DNA from: Hormiphora californensis
Taxonomy: Eukaryota; Animalia; Ctenophora
Direction of reading: 5' to 3'
DNA: 64,000 nt
NCBI GenBank assembly: GCA_020137815.1
Contig: CM035351.1
Location: 2,480,001 to 2,544,000 of the forward strand
The position numbers and the translations under genes are program-made. Every line of letters begins with the position of its first letter. Positions within the stretch are counted from its first letter, which is position 1. Shown here piece after piece: positions 24,070 through 35,858 of the stretch. The notes beneath the pieces were generated by a model that searched no databases, was not told the DNA's origin, and was given only the letters and a program-made list of their open reading frames with translations.

Positions 24070-25429
24070 TCTTCTCTCTCCTCGTCATCTCTCTCTCTCT
24101 CGCGCTCTCTCTCTCAGCTCTCGCTCTCTCTTCTGCTCTCTCCTCGCCTCTTCCTCTTCTCGCTCTTGCTCTCGCTCTCTCCTCCTCTCTTCATTCTCTC
24201 TCTCTCTCTCTCTCATCTCTCTCGGCGTCTCTTCTCCTCGTCGCTCTCTCTCTCTGCTCTCTCTCTCTCTCGCTCTCTCTCTCTCTTCTCTCTCTCTCCT
24301 CTAACTCTCCTCTCTCTCTCTCTCTTCTCTCTCTCTCCTCTCTCTCCGCTCTCTCTCTCTCTCTCTCTCTCCTCTCTTCTCCTCTCTCTCTCTCTCTCTC
24401 ATCTACTATCTCTCTGCTCTCTCTCTCTCTCTCTTCTTCTCTCTTCTTTCCCCCGTTACTTCTCCGACTCTTATCTATCCCTCCCGCTTCCTCCTTTCCC
24501 TCTCTCCCCCTCTTTCTCTCCCTCTTTCTCCTCTAATGAGAGTTCGTGATGATACCCGGCAGGAGCAAAAGGTGTAAGTGGGTCACCTTTCCCGCCAACT
24601 AATTTCAATTAGTTTTTGGCTTAATACATACATATATATATACATAGACGTATAGACGCTTTGTTACCTTCCGTTTGGTCCCAGTTTGAGACGAACCAGA
24701 CATCGTACGACCTTAAACCAAGCGGCATTCGACAGACAATTGTCTCGTGCATGTACCCATCTGGGTGGACGACTCTCCATCTTACCTATGATGCGCGCAA
24801 TGACGTCATGAGTGACGTCATTGCGCGAGACCGACTAACTTTTTTCAACGCCTCTAGCACCCTGAAGACGTTGTTCCAATTTCTGATTTGACGAAAAAAT
24901 CGTTACCGGCAAATTGTCTGAACTTTTCAGATCCTTTATAGCGAATTTTTGTAGCTTATCATTTTGAGCCCTTAAATCGCGTCGGAAAGTAAAAAATTTG
25001 ACGAAAAATTCAGCAAATTGAACGTTTTTCGAGCAAAAACTCCCTTTCCTGACCACTGTGGTCCAATGACACTTTACAAGCTCCTTTGGGGTATTGATTC
25101 AAAATATATTGTGATGCAATTACGTCGGTTACGACGTCACTAATTACGTTCAAATGACGTCATTATGACGTCTAAAATACGATTTTCACAGAAATTCGTC
25201 TCGTTTCTCATATAACGCATCATTTCGACAATATTACATCATGAAATAATGTCATGCTGCGATTAGAAACAAAAGGGACCTAATTTAAGCAAAAACTAAT
25301 TGAAATTAGTGGCGGGAAAGGTGACCCACTTACCACCTTTGCCTGCTGCCGGGATCAGGGATATAAGAGGGTGAAATATAATGGAATAAGACAGTGAAAG
25401 AGAGTGTGATAGAGAGTGAGAGAGAGAGC

Positions 25430-25463
<34 letters not shown>

Positions 25464-25675
25464 TGAGAGAGAGAGAGAGAGAGAGACAGGGACAGGGAGA
25501 CAGGGGGGAGAGAGAGAGAGGGATAGAACGAACAGGAATAAGTTAACCCTCGAAAAAATAAGAGATTGAGATACCGAGGGATAGAATGAGAGTGTTGTGG
25601 TGATACCCGGCAGTAGCAAAAGGTGTAAGTGGGTCACCTTTCCCGCCAACTAATTTCAATTAGTTTTTGGCTTAA
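22390..25675 (-). mobile_element. Non-autonomous Helentron/HINE (DINE-1-like) composite array
   Basis: 3' subTIR gggtcaccttt followed by hairpin gcgct-tgcc-agcgc at the 22390 end. The 302-bp 3' unit is present twice (from 22390 and 22692), the ~600-bp body twice (~23000-23600, ~24630-25285), and ~75-bp inverted repeats containing aaaggtgaccc bracket microsatellites (23599-24624, 25285-25675). Confidence 0.7.
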
Positions 25676-26450
25676 TATTCTAGCAAGTGAAATGTATGTT
25701 TTATAACTTCTAGATGATTTGTTGAATAACCAAGCCTGAATACTTATAATCTCAGTTATATGAAAGTCATGATTAAATGTAGTTGACAACTACTAGTTGT
25801 AGCATGAATTGAGGTTGAAGGTTCGACCACTTGTAGGGAAGTAAAGGCCTTTATAAAGGCCTTGATATCTGTGCGGTAGTTTGATTTGCTCTGACACAAT
25901 ATGATTCATTTTATAATAGGCTCAACAATAAGCAGCAACTTATGAAATGGCGAAATAACTAATCATAAGCATAGAAAAGTCATCGCATAATCATAGGAAA
26001 GCAATAATATCTCGATATAGTTGATCAGTGATCACTAAAGCTGGGTAGGGGAGAAAGCGTATTGAGCTGGTGACAGATCACGACAGAGAATTTAAAGTGA
26101 GGATGGGATGACTAAAAGAGAAATAGAACTATATAACGTCGTGTAATATAACTTGAGCTAGGGGACAAGAGATATTGAAACACCTTTAGAACATCATAAA
26201 GGTGATCTCGAATGCAGTACAACTGATAATATCAAACTTTAATGGCACTAGGTTCCTTGACATCATTTCTATATCACCAAGTTCAAATCAAATTAAATAA
26301 GATGTCAAATTGTACAGTTCTGCGTTGAGAGAATTACGTATTCTGTGCCCGGACACAGTTACGTATTCTCCTCCGACAGAATAATCAAATGCAGATATAA
26401 AAACTGCCAAGTCTTGATCCCCCATTTATCTAGTCTACTTTAGCTTTGAC

Positions 26451-29400
26451 ATGTTCCCAGTCTGTCGGCTCTCTCACTGAGATTATCATTGAACGACAGA
26501 CTGCGTAGCATGGCAAGCTACCACTACCAAACTGAATGATAGGTGCACCTCGAGCCGTTTACTGGACCGAGCTGGGTAATATGTCAAACGGGGGAAGGTA
26601 TATATAGGTCTCCTAGAGCTCCTTATTTGGGGGACCACATACAGCACCGGTGCGAACTCCAGAACGTCGCACCACATACTGTCGGTGGAAACTTCAGTAC
26701 AGTGAGTGTATGTGGTCCCCCTTTGTAGGGCAACTTTTTCCGTGAAATTAGACCTTTTTAAATTATGTATATACTATGTGTCCAAACCAAATGTAACCAC
26801 AAATTAACCACAAGTTAACCACATATTTCTAACCACATCTCTAACCAAACAACATATCTAACAACATCTCTAACCACACAATATATCTAACCATATCTCT
26901 AACCACACATATCTAACCACACATATCTAACCACATGATCTTCTTCTCAGCTGACTTGCCGGTTTTGCCCAAAGTGCCTCCGGAGCTCGAGGTACCTGAC
27001 CTGTTCGCCTTTCCGTTCATCCTAGTTCCACTACCAGCTGAGGAGCCTTTCTTCAGGAGCTCACAGGTATACAATAGCAATGTCTCGCGGGAAGGGAGGG
27101 GCACTCAACCTTACTAGATAACACACATCTCTAGTTAGGTAACATGCATAATGTTCCCTAAATTTGGTCATCACTTATCCCTGGTTATCGCTTATCCCTT
27201 TTTTTAAATCTTGACGGTCACTAAGATTAATTTCTTTGCAAAAAATAGGGATAAGTGATGACCAGAAATGCATAAAAGATTCAGTTTTATTAAACTCAGC
27301 TTGAAGAAGCACGACCACGTACAATAAATAGCTCCTTCTCTTGGGATCGATCTTAAACAGCTTTCGCAGAAACAAGAGTCTAAGTCATCGGGGTATATTT
27401 TCTCGACAAGTTTATATAGCATAGTTTTGAGTTCTTCTGAATGCTCAAAATTCAATTATGCTGACTTCGCGTGATACACGGTCGCTTGTAGTGGGAAAAC
27501 GGTAATGGAAAACAAATATACAGTAAGACGACGCGCAACCGCGGCCAATCAGGGCGCTAGTACGTGCTGAACACATGCACTATTTGCCGCGCGTTATGCA
27601 ACGTGCGCATCTCATTACTGTATTTTGATTACGGTAATACGACTACAAGCAGCACTGATAGACCGAAGAGAGGGAAACAAGCACATCAAGGAACTACATA
27701 TCGTGTCAATTATCCGTCACGTACAAGCTAAACCAATCTTTTGATTCTGTTATTCTAATTATGTCTTTGTGTGCAGGTATGCAGTGGCGATGGGGGACTA
27801 TTTGATAGAGTTCTAGGGTATAACGAACACCGCCACCACTCACCGAGCCCCGCCCCATCCACCCATCATCGCCATGGTGACGATTCAGAACAAGAGGATC
27901 CCAAGGTAAAACAGGAGCCTATGGAAGAGGACATGAAACCCATAATAACGGAGCAACAGCAACAACTCGGGCCTACTGCAGAGGAGCAACTAGGTAAGGG
28001 CGTCTTTTCATCTAAATAATAATAGCAAAGGTGGCGGTGGCGGTCTTTTCTGTCCACTAGAAAGGGCTCTGAGCCCCGGACACCATTTTGTACAACTTGG
28101 CAAAGGGGTTCATCCCAGGGTATACGATGTGAAGCCTACAACCTCTCGTATTCCAAGAACCGTGGTGCGTGATGAAGAATCACATCCCTCACAAGGTGCC
28201 ACTGTTAATCGCTATTCTGTCCTGGGTGATACCAGACTAAACAGATAAGCGAAACGGAACACCACGGTACTAAACCAGTAAAGGTTGAAAAACAATCCGT
28301 TTCGGGAGCTTAGCAAACTCCCGTACCGTATCGGCCTGCTTACTCCTGTCTCTCCTGGAACGTTATCACGGTTGGTTTCTGGCGAGAGAGGCCGATTTAT
28401 CTTTTGGGGTTGGATCAGTTCCTGCGGTTTCCGGTGATGGACCAGTGGCGCGGCATCATCGGTTATGGAGGGTGCTATTAATGCCTACCTGAGAGGGGGG
28501 ACCCTCTCTGTACCCTCTTAGCCATCTGAAAAGTATTCAATGAAGTCCACCAATAGCACCAGGGTTAAAGCCCCTGATATTCTTGCAGAGGCCAATGGCG
28601 CCCTTGAAGTGGTAGGCTTAAAGCCTGCGGGAGGGCCTGCTACAGATGGCTGGAGGCCCGAGCCGGAACCAGAAAACCCCTTAAAAAGTACAAAAAAATC
28701 TAGGATTTTAGGGTGTAATAGTGAGACGGTTTTTGGCACCCTAAATGTGAGGACCATACGCGAGGCTTATCGTAGAGATGTCATGGAGAGCGAGTTTGTG
28801 AGGAGCGGCCTGTGTATCCTGGGGGTGCAGGAGCACCGGATTTGTCACTCTGAGAGGGTCTGTGTGCAGAGAGGGAGAGGTTTCTCGTTTATTTCTTCAT
28901 CAGCCTGGAGGTCTGGATCAGGGGCATCTTGCGGGGGTGTAGGAGTGTATGTAAATCAAGATGCGTACTCGGCAGTGAAAATGGTGAAGTCATACACTAA
29001 CCGAATACTACTTGTGAGCTTCACTGGCAACCCTGCTCTCACTCTCATTTGTGTGTACGCCCCTACTGAGGGGAGTGATCCAGCGGAGGCAGAGAGTTTC
29101 CATGAGGCCCTGAGGGGAGCTATCCATGAGGTTCCAGCACAGGATGTTCTGGTTGTGTTAGGGGACCTAAACGCCCATCTGTCTAGGGAATCGCCGGACG
29201 ATGGGGGTTGGTATTTTCATTCAACGTCGAATAGGAACGGGGCGCTGCTCCGTGATACTATGTTAGAATGTAATCTGGTGGCAGGTAATCATCGTTTCCA
29301 GAAAAAGCTGGCTAAGCTTCATACTTTCACCAGTGAGGGCACACTCTGCCAAAGTCAAATTGATTATATTCTGGTTCGACGGAAGTGGAAGAACTCTTTG

Positions 29401-32020
29401 CGAAACGTAGAGGTAGTGGACACGTTTGGTAGTGTAGGGTCTGATCATAGAGCAGTTCTCGGTTTCCTTCGCCTCAGTCTACGGAAGACTAAACGTGCTA
29501 AAGGACAGATCAAGTTCGATTATACTTGTCTCAGAGAGGAGCCTGACCTGTGTGAGAGGTACAATGTGGAGGTGAGGAATAGGTATGATGTGTTGAGAAC
29601 AGATGTGGAGGATGCTTCTGGAAGGTATGGGGCATTTGTGTCGGCTGTTGGTGAAACCAATAAGCACCTACTGCCACGGAAGCGCAGACGTGCTACCGAT
29701 AGCGCTATGAGTGACCTGAGAGTTCGTAGTGTAAGAGACGAGTTGTTCGAAGCTAAGAAAGCTTTGTTTCTCCATCCCACTGAGAATAATAGAGTCGAGG
29801 TTAGCGAGAGGAGAGAACTCTTAAAGGAAACGCATGCCTCAGTCACTGAAGAACTTATCTCTCAGAAGATTCGTCGGGTAGAAACTGCTAATGATGAGAG
29901 GAAAAATAAGGTGGCGTGGGACCTCATTAGAGATGTTACTGGGGACTCTAAAGGAAATGGTGGTGGCCTGGTAGAAGGTGGTAGTGCTGAGGGGAGGCTG
30001 GAGTCTTGGAGGAAACACTTTTCTGGGATACTCGGTGAACCGCCTAGTGTTCCTGATGAGGACCTTGTCATTAATACAGTATGTGAGGAGCTCCCTATAT
30101 CTACATATACGTTCAGTCAGGATGAGTATACCGCAGCTAAGAGGTCCATTAAGGAGGGGAAGGCGCCTGGAGATGATGGTCTAGCACCTGAGGTCCTGAA
30201 ACGGGGAGGTGTCGATGACATTGTATTAGAGTTCTTCAACGATGCACTGGAATATGGTAGTTTCCCTGAACAATGGAAGAGCCTTCTTATAGTTCCAGTT
30301 CCTAAAAAGGGGGACCTCACTAAAACTAGTAACTATAGGGGAATCTCTCTGACCTCCGTTGCTCTAAAAACTCTCAATAAGATGATCCTCAACCGCCTAC
30401 TACCCCATATTGAGCATATTTTGAGGGATAACCAGAATGGATTCCGACCAGGGAGGTCTACTACCAGTCACATTCTGGCCCTCCGGCGGTTGTTGGAAGG
30501 GGTAACAGAAAGGAAATTAACTTCTGTTATCCTATTTATAGACTTTCGGCGTGCGTTTGATTCTTTGCACAGGGGTATTCTTATGCGCATTCTGAGAGCT
30601 TACGGTATTCCTGACAAATTAGTTCGGCTTATAGAATGTTCGTATGAGGACACCATGGCCCGGGTTAAAACGGAGGACGGACTCACGGAGGCTATATTAA
30701 TTCTGGCTGGCGTTTTACAGGGGGACACCTTGGCTCCATATTTGTTTATTATAGCTATTGACTATGTCATGAGAGAGGCTCTGGCTGGTAGGGACGTTGG
30801 ATTTACCCTCAGGAAGAGGAAGAGTAGGCGTTATCCTGAAGTGAAGATCACAGACACCGATTACGCTGATGACCTGTCACTCCTTTCGGACACAATCGAA
30901 CAGGCACAGGAATTCTTAGAAAGTCTGGAAACGGCAGCGGCTGCAGTTGGTCTTCACCTGAATGAAGGGAAGACTAAGTTTATGGCTACTGGTATAGAGG
31001 AACCTTCCCTCGTTAGCTCTACGGGAAACTATCTAGAACAAGTGGACGATTTCGTTTACCTTGGTGTCCACCTTAAATCGACGGAGAAGGATTTTAACAT
31101 TAGGAAGGCTAAGGCCTGGGCAGCCTGTCATAGACTCAAAGGAATATGGAAAACTGACCTGAGAAGGAGCATTAAGGTAAACCTGTTCCGTACTACAGTA
31201 GAGGCCATTCTATTGTACGGCGCTGAAACGTGGACCCTTACATCTACTATGGAGAAACAATTGGATGGCTGTTATAGTAGGATGCTACGAATGGCGCTTG
31301 GCATCAACTGGTGGGATAGGGTCTCTAATGAGGAAGTCTTCCAGAATGTCCCCAGAGTTTCTGAGACTGTGAGGACTCGTAGACTTAGGCTGGCTGGACA
31401 TGTCCACAGACACGAGGAGCTAACAGCTCACCAACTGCTGTTTTGGGAACCTGATAGGGGCTCTAGAAGCCGGGGTAGACCCAAGAAAACCTATATTAAC
31501 CAGCTCAGGGAGGATACTGGCTTATCTAATGATGGCGATATCAAGAGGCTAATGGAAGATCGTGTGCTGTGGCGGACCGAACTGACTGCTCGGACAATGA
31601 AGCCGCCTTAAGTCAAGTAAGTCAAGTCAATAATAGCAATAGGATGTGTCCTAATATGGCCTGTTCTCATTACGAGCAGCATGGCGGCTGTCATATTGCT
31701 TCATCTCTTCAGTTCAACTTCTGAGATCGGTTATTAGGTAACCATCACACGATATCATCTTACTCTTTATAACCTCCCCAGATGAGATGATGAAAAAGAA
31801 GCCGAGGGCAGCCTACACGGTTCGGAAGAAGTGGCGGAGGAAACGGACGGTGTTCACGGAATCTGAGCTAGCGGTTTTGGAAAGTGTGTACGCAGTCCAC
31901 AAGTTTCTGAATCCGACCCTCAAGAAGAGTATACTGACTCAGGTTGATATTCCTAGTCAGGTTGTGGTCATGTGGTTCCAGAATCGAAGAGCTAAGGATC
32001 GATCATTGGGGCTACTGTAG
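26451..32020 (+). CDS. Divergent Q50 homeobox gene (PRD-like); solid exons 27777-27993 and 31782-32020, probable exon 26951-27066; 5' exons uncertain
   Basis: Homeodomain RRKRTVFTESELAVLESVYAVHKFLNPTLKKSILTQVDIPSQVVVMWFQNRRAKDR; a phase-1 splice joins 27993 to 31782; TATA-like tataaaa near 26396. Confidence 0.8.
26790..26935. repeat. Degenerate intronic minisatellite (taaccacacatatc-like)
   Basis: Seen directly. Confidence 0.8.
28029..31628 (+). mobile_element. Full-length RTE-clade LINE in the homeobox intron
   Basis: 11-bp TSD aataatagcaa (28018-28028, 31629-31639); ~510-nt 5' UTR; single ORF; 3' tail of (aagtc)-type short repeats directly after the stop. Confidence 0.93.
28540..31611 (+). 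CDS. AP endonuclease-reverse transcriptase (RTE ORF, 1023 aa)
   Basis: GTLNVRT, GVQEHR, VYAPT, GDLNA, IDYIL and SDH (APE); NYRGISL, QNGFR, GVLQGDTLAP, YADD and FVYLG (RT); GRPKKT C-terminus. Confidence 0.96.
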   Translation: MKSTNSTRVKAPDILAEANGALEVVGLKPAGGPATDGWRPEPEPENPLKSTKKSRILGCNSETVFGTLNVRTIREAYRRDVMESEFVRSGLCILGVQEHRICHSERVCVQRGRGFSFISSSAWRSGSGASCGGVGVYVNQDAYSAVKMVKSYTNRILLVSFTGNPALTLICVYAPTEGSDPAEAESFHEALRGAIHEVPAQDVLVVLGDLNAHLSRESPDDGGWYFHSTSNRNGALLRDTMLECNLVAGNHRFQKKLAKLHTFTSEGTLCQSQIDYILVRRKWKNSLRNVEVVDTFGSVGSDHRAVLGFLRLSLRKTKRAKGQIKFDYTCLREEPDLCERYNVEVRNRYDVLRTDVEDASGRYGAFVSAVGETNKHLLPRKRRRATDSAMSDLRVRSVRDELFEAKKALFLHPTENNRVEVSERRELLKETHASVTEELISQKIRRVETANDERKNKVAWDLIRDVTGDSKGNGGGLVEGGSAEGRLESWRKHFSGILGEPPSVPDEDLVINTVCEELPISTYTFSQDEYTAAKRSIKEGKAPGDDGLAPEVLKRGGVDDIVLEFFNDALEYGSFPEQWKSLLIVPVPKKGDLTKTSNYRGISLTSVALKTLNKMILNRLLPHIEHILRDNQNGFRPGRSTTSHILALRRLLEGVTERKLTSVILFIDFRRAFDSLHRGILMRILRAYGIPDKLVRLIECSYEDTMARVKTEDGLTEAILILAGVLQGDTLAPYLFIIAIDYVMREALAGRDVGFTLRKRKSRRYPEVKITDTDYADDLSLLSDTIEQAQEFLESLETAAAAVGLHLNEGKTKFMATGIEEPSLVSSTGNYLEQVDDFVYLGVHLKSTEKDFNIRKAKAWAACHRLKGIWKTDLRRSIKVNLFRTTVEAILLYGAETWTLTSTMEKQLDGCYSRMLRMALGINWWDRVSNEEVFQNVPRVSETVRTRRLRLAGHVHRHEELTAHQLLFWEPDRGSRSRGRPKKTYINQLREDTGLSNDGDIKRLMEDRVLWRTELTARTMKPP

Positions 32021-32324
32021 AACTAATGACAGGTTACACTGTCCCTCGCGGCAGACCTTGCGTTATGAGACCCTAACTTTATAACCCTCGATCGGGATGG
32101 GTGTTGTTGAAAGGTGGACTATTTGATATCTTTTGTGGAACAAAAGAGAGTGTATGATTTTGTTGAGCAAATATATGTGGTACGTTGGACTGGGCATAGT
32201 GATTATTTCTATAGATTACAGGCTGCTTTATAGAGTTGGCAGCTCGTAGATATAGTGTGTTTGATTTCACTTGAAATTGAAAAATGATGATATGTTTATT
32301 TACTCTGTGGTAAATTAAATTAAA

Positions 32325-35300
32325 CTAAACAATAAAAAGCATTTGAGTCAGTAACAAAATGACCACCCAGCCACTAACTGCCACTCTCCAGCTTCCACCC
32401 GGTACGAATGTGTTGCAGTAGTCCGTTTTACAGTGTTCCACTGAGTTAACACACCCTGTATCATTCTTCCCGCAGCTCCACGTGTCTTGCACTGGAACAC
32501 ATGAGAGAGGGGTTAAAGTAGAGACTATAATCCCCCCTATAATTATAGGGACTTGTACATGTTTCTGTCAATCATTCGAGAATATGGACGTGGCCGTGGA
32601 GACACATATCATAATGATGACAGTGGTACCGATACAATGAGAAAAGTTGTAGATGTAGGGACTGCATGATTCTCCGTCAGAGCTTTGGCAGATTATTCTA
32701 GTTTCTATACACTTACGGTTATCTGAACACGATGCAATGTAGTACTCCACTCCCAGGTTCTTCTTCATCAGCTTAGTGCAGTTCGACTTGCAGTCCTGGA
32801 AATACAGGCTTGCTGTGACATTGTATGTGACAAGTATAGTATGAGGGGTTGATAATATGACATTTTAAATGCTAATTTATCATAGATTAACTACAAACAG
32901 TATTATGGTCGTATGCTACTCGCTGGATGCTAGTGTTTTCGTCCCAGCAATAAATTTTGAACTCCTGCCGCTGTAATATGAATATTTGTAGTCTTTCATG
33001 GAAGACATTTTTCTAAACTTGACAAATTTTCTCCGTTCTCGTTCGTTGGATTTGGATCGAGGGAAACCACCGAACGAAATGTTTAATAAAAGGTTTTCAC
33101 ATGCTTCTATAGCCGCTCGTAAAGAGCGTTTATTAAACTTTTAAATTCTACTGCAATCGACTCTACTTAATTCGTTGAACTCTAAGTCTAAATCTAAATA
33201 TGCTTCGAATAAATGTTAATCTCTACCATGCTACCCTACAAAGAACTATGACGGTATGGAATCTATGAAGTAGCAAGTCTCTCCCTCACCTCTTCCCACC
33301 ACTATCTATCTCTTACCTAGCTCACCACCCCTCTCTCCATATATCACCCCTATCTCACCCCCTCTCTCACCACCCCTCTCTCGCCACCTCTCTCTCCATA
33401 CATCACCCCCTATCTCACCCCCTCTCTCCATACATCACCCCTATCTCACCCCCTCTCTCACCACCCCTCTCTCACCACCCATCTCTCCATACATAACCCC
33501 TCTCTCACCCCCTCTCTCCATATAACACCTTCTCTCCATAGATCACCCCCATCTCATCCCCTCTCTCCATATCTCTCCCATCTCCCTCCCTATCTCCATA
33601 CTTCTGTATCGGCGGTGCACACGGAAAAGTTGCTCATGGAGGGAATGTAGAGACAATTGAAACACTCCAGAGTATCATCAGGGGGAGCATTGCACTGTCC
33701 CACCACCACAATTATATCCTGCCAGTTACTGGTCACATTGGCTGACACAGTTTCACTCTCCGTGCTACTTTGGGTTATCCCATTCTTGGTGGAAACAACC
33801 TCGGTTGTGGTAGTGGTGGAGCTGATCTTCCACCACCCTGATATCTCCTCAACCGTTGTGACCGTTACCGTGGTAACCACTGTTGCACCATCTACCGTGG
33901 CAGTGCTTTTAGTTTTCTTGGTCGCCGTGGATGTTTGGTCCATGTTCTTCAAGTACCGCGTATCATTTGTGTATCCGGTTGAGCCGTAGTTACAGTTACA
34001 ATTGTAGGTGCAATTCAGGCTGGGAAATGTGGGAAATGTGGTGTTAATATAACATGTGTTAACGTACCGTATTGTCAGCGACGCAGACAGTAAAGTTGCT
34101 CATTGAGGGAATGTAGAGGCAGTTGTGGCACTGAAGGCAGTCCTCACACACCACGGGAGGGGTACACACACCCCAGGCCCTTGCCCTCCCGCTCGCATCA
34201 CCCGTTACATTGACCGTTACATTTACTGTCACCGTGGTGGTTACAACTCCTGTTGCTGAGGTGACCTTGACGACAGTAGTCTCGTTGGTATGGGTCTCCG
34301 TGACGGCGTCGTTGACAACCGTTGTCACGGTCAGGATGTTAGATTCGGTAGTTAGTCACACCATCCTCCTCACTCTCGTCGGTATCCGTTACCTCGCTGA
34401 TCGATGTTGTATTCACACCCGTCCCCCAGACCCAGTAGCCTCCGGGGCAGTTGCACGTGCAGGTTGAGCTGTGGGGAAGGAGGGGAGGGCTACAGCTCGC
34501 CACCTTGACTGCCCCAGGCCCCTCCTTAGTGGGGCGTGTTAGGATGTGAAGAGGGATGAAGAGGCAGCCAAGGGTGCGAGCAAGAGGGCACGGGGCAAAT
34601 AATGTAACCACAACTGCCTCTACAATGTGGTTAAGAGAGAAAATTTCATGTCATGTGGAACAAACTATTCCTAAATCTACAGTCAAATCTCGATTTAGGG
34701 GACTCCTCGAGGAGAGAGTTTTTCACGGTAAATCAATGACCAAGGTATTTCTAGATCCGGTAAATCGAAGTCTAACTATAAAACCAACTTACTTGATAGG
34801 GTATGCGTCCTCGTCATAGGCTGTGTAATTATACATGGTCATCTTGATCTCCTCTGTGGCTGCGAGGGCGGCAGCAACCTCAGCCGCGTCAAGTGTTGCA
34901 GTTTCCTCTGCAGTTTCATTCGACTTGTTTCGATCCTGATATGAAGGAGTGGATCAATTAGTGATCAATTAGTGATCAATTAGTGATCAATTAGTGATGA
35001 TCCAGCTAAGCTACTACTTGACCAATCTGTCGGCTCTCACATCACAGTGTTGTATGGCAAGCCGCTACAACCATACATTGTTACTCAACAAGCCCTACAC
35101 AGGTACTGGTAATTGAGATGGGCGGTAACTCCTAGGAACCTCTCCAGTCTCCCTGAACAACATTAGAACACCATTAGATCACCATTAGAACAACATTATA
35201 GTACACTCACACTTGAAGTAAGGGGATCACACACTAAAGTCCAACTGTTCCATTCGGTTGTATTTGGGCAAACTGAGCCATTAGGTAGAGATGCTATGTA

Positions 35301-35858
35301 GGTTTCCGTGCAGTCACAGTAGTTAGATGTGTTTGAAGTTGCAACTCCAGTAACGGCTCCCACACCTCCTATCGACTCTGAAAAGATGGATAGTTTTTCC
35401 CTTTCCCGAGGTAGTAGAAGAGTTCTTTTCTTCCCCAGTTTTATACAATACAGGGTACCTACTACTTGAATGCGTGTGACCTCTAATGATGGATTCATGA
35501 TGTTCTACCCAATCTCGCATAAAACTAAACAAAAAATTAGACAGTAGACAGTGTTCAAGAGCTTGAATATATTTTATGCAACCAATACCATATGAGCATT
35601 TGTCCGACATCGTCTACAGTCTAAATTACTAAATTAGGATACAATATACATTCAATGACTTGTCAGGTATCTGTTTGACGTCTTTCTCACCAGTCACCTC
35701 TGTGTATGTGTTAAATTTGAACTAGTAACACGCTCGAGAGAGAGCACAATAAATGCCGCTCCAACACGGTCCTGTAACTCACGTGTAAATATGAAGGCAA
35801 GGAAGACTGCGTATAGTGCAGCTGCTGGTAGAAGATGCCGGCACCTCGGTATTTCCAT
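32325..35858 (-). CDS. Secreted/GPI-anchored protein with a Thr-rich stalk and a C-terminal Ly6/uPAR (three-finger, Quiver-like) domain; alternative exons 34068-34468 and 33602-34019
   Basis: Hydrophobic N-terminus (LLPAAALYAVFLAFIF); 10-Cys pattern LxCxNC...VC..DCKSNCTK...SC...SC...GC...HCKTDYCN; hydrophobic tail WVVILLLTQMLFIV*. Middle exons at 35000-35700 are uncertain. Confidence 0.72.
33285..33600. repeat. Intronic pyrimidine-rich minisatellite (ccctctctcacca/ccatacatca)
   Basis: Seen directly. Confidence 0.85.

Noticed and set aside
27175-27455. Short overlapping minus-strand ORFs in the homeobox intron
   Set aside because: No recognisable domain; possibly decayed TE.
32361-32369. Perfect Gli site gaccaccca (also ~61757)
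   Set aside because: Both fall in coding sequence; compatible with chance.
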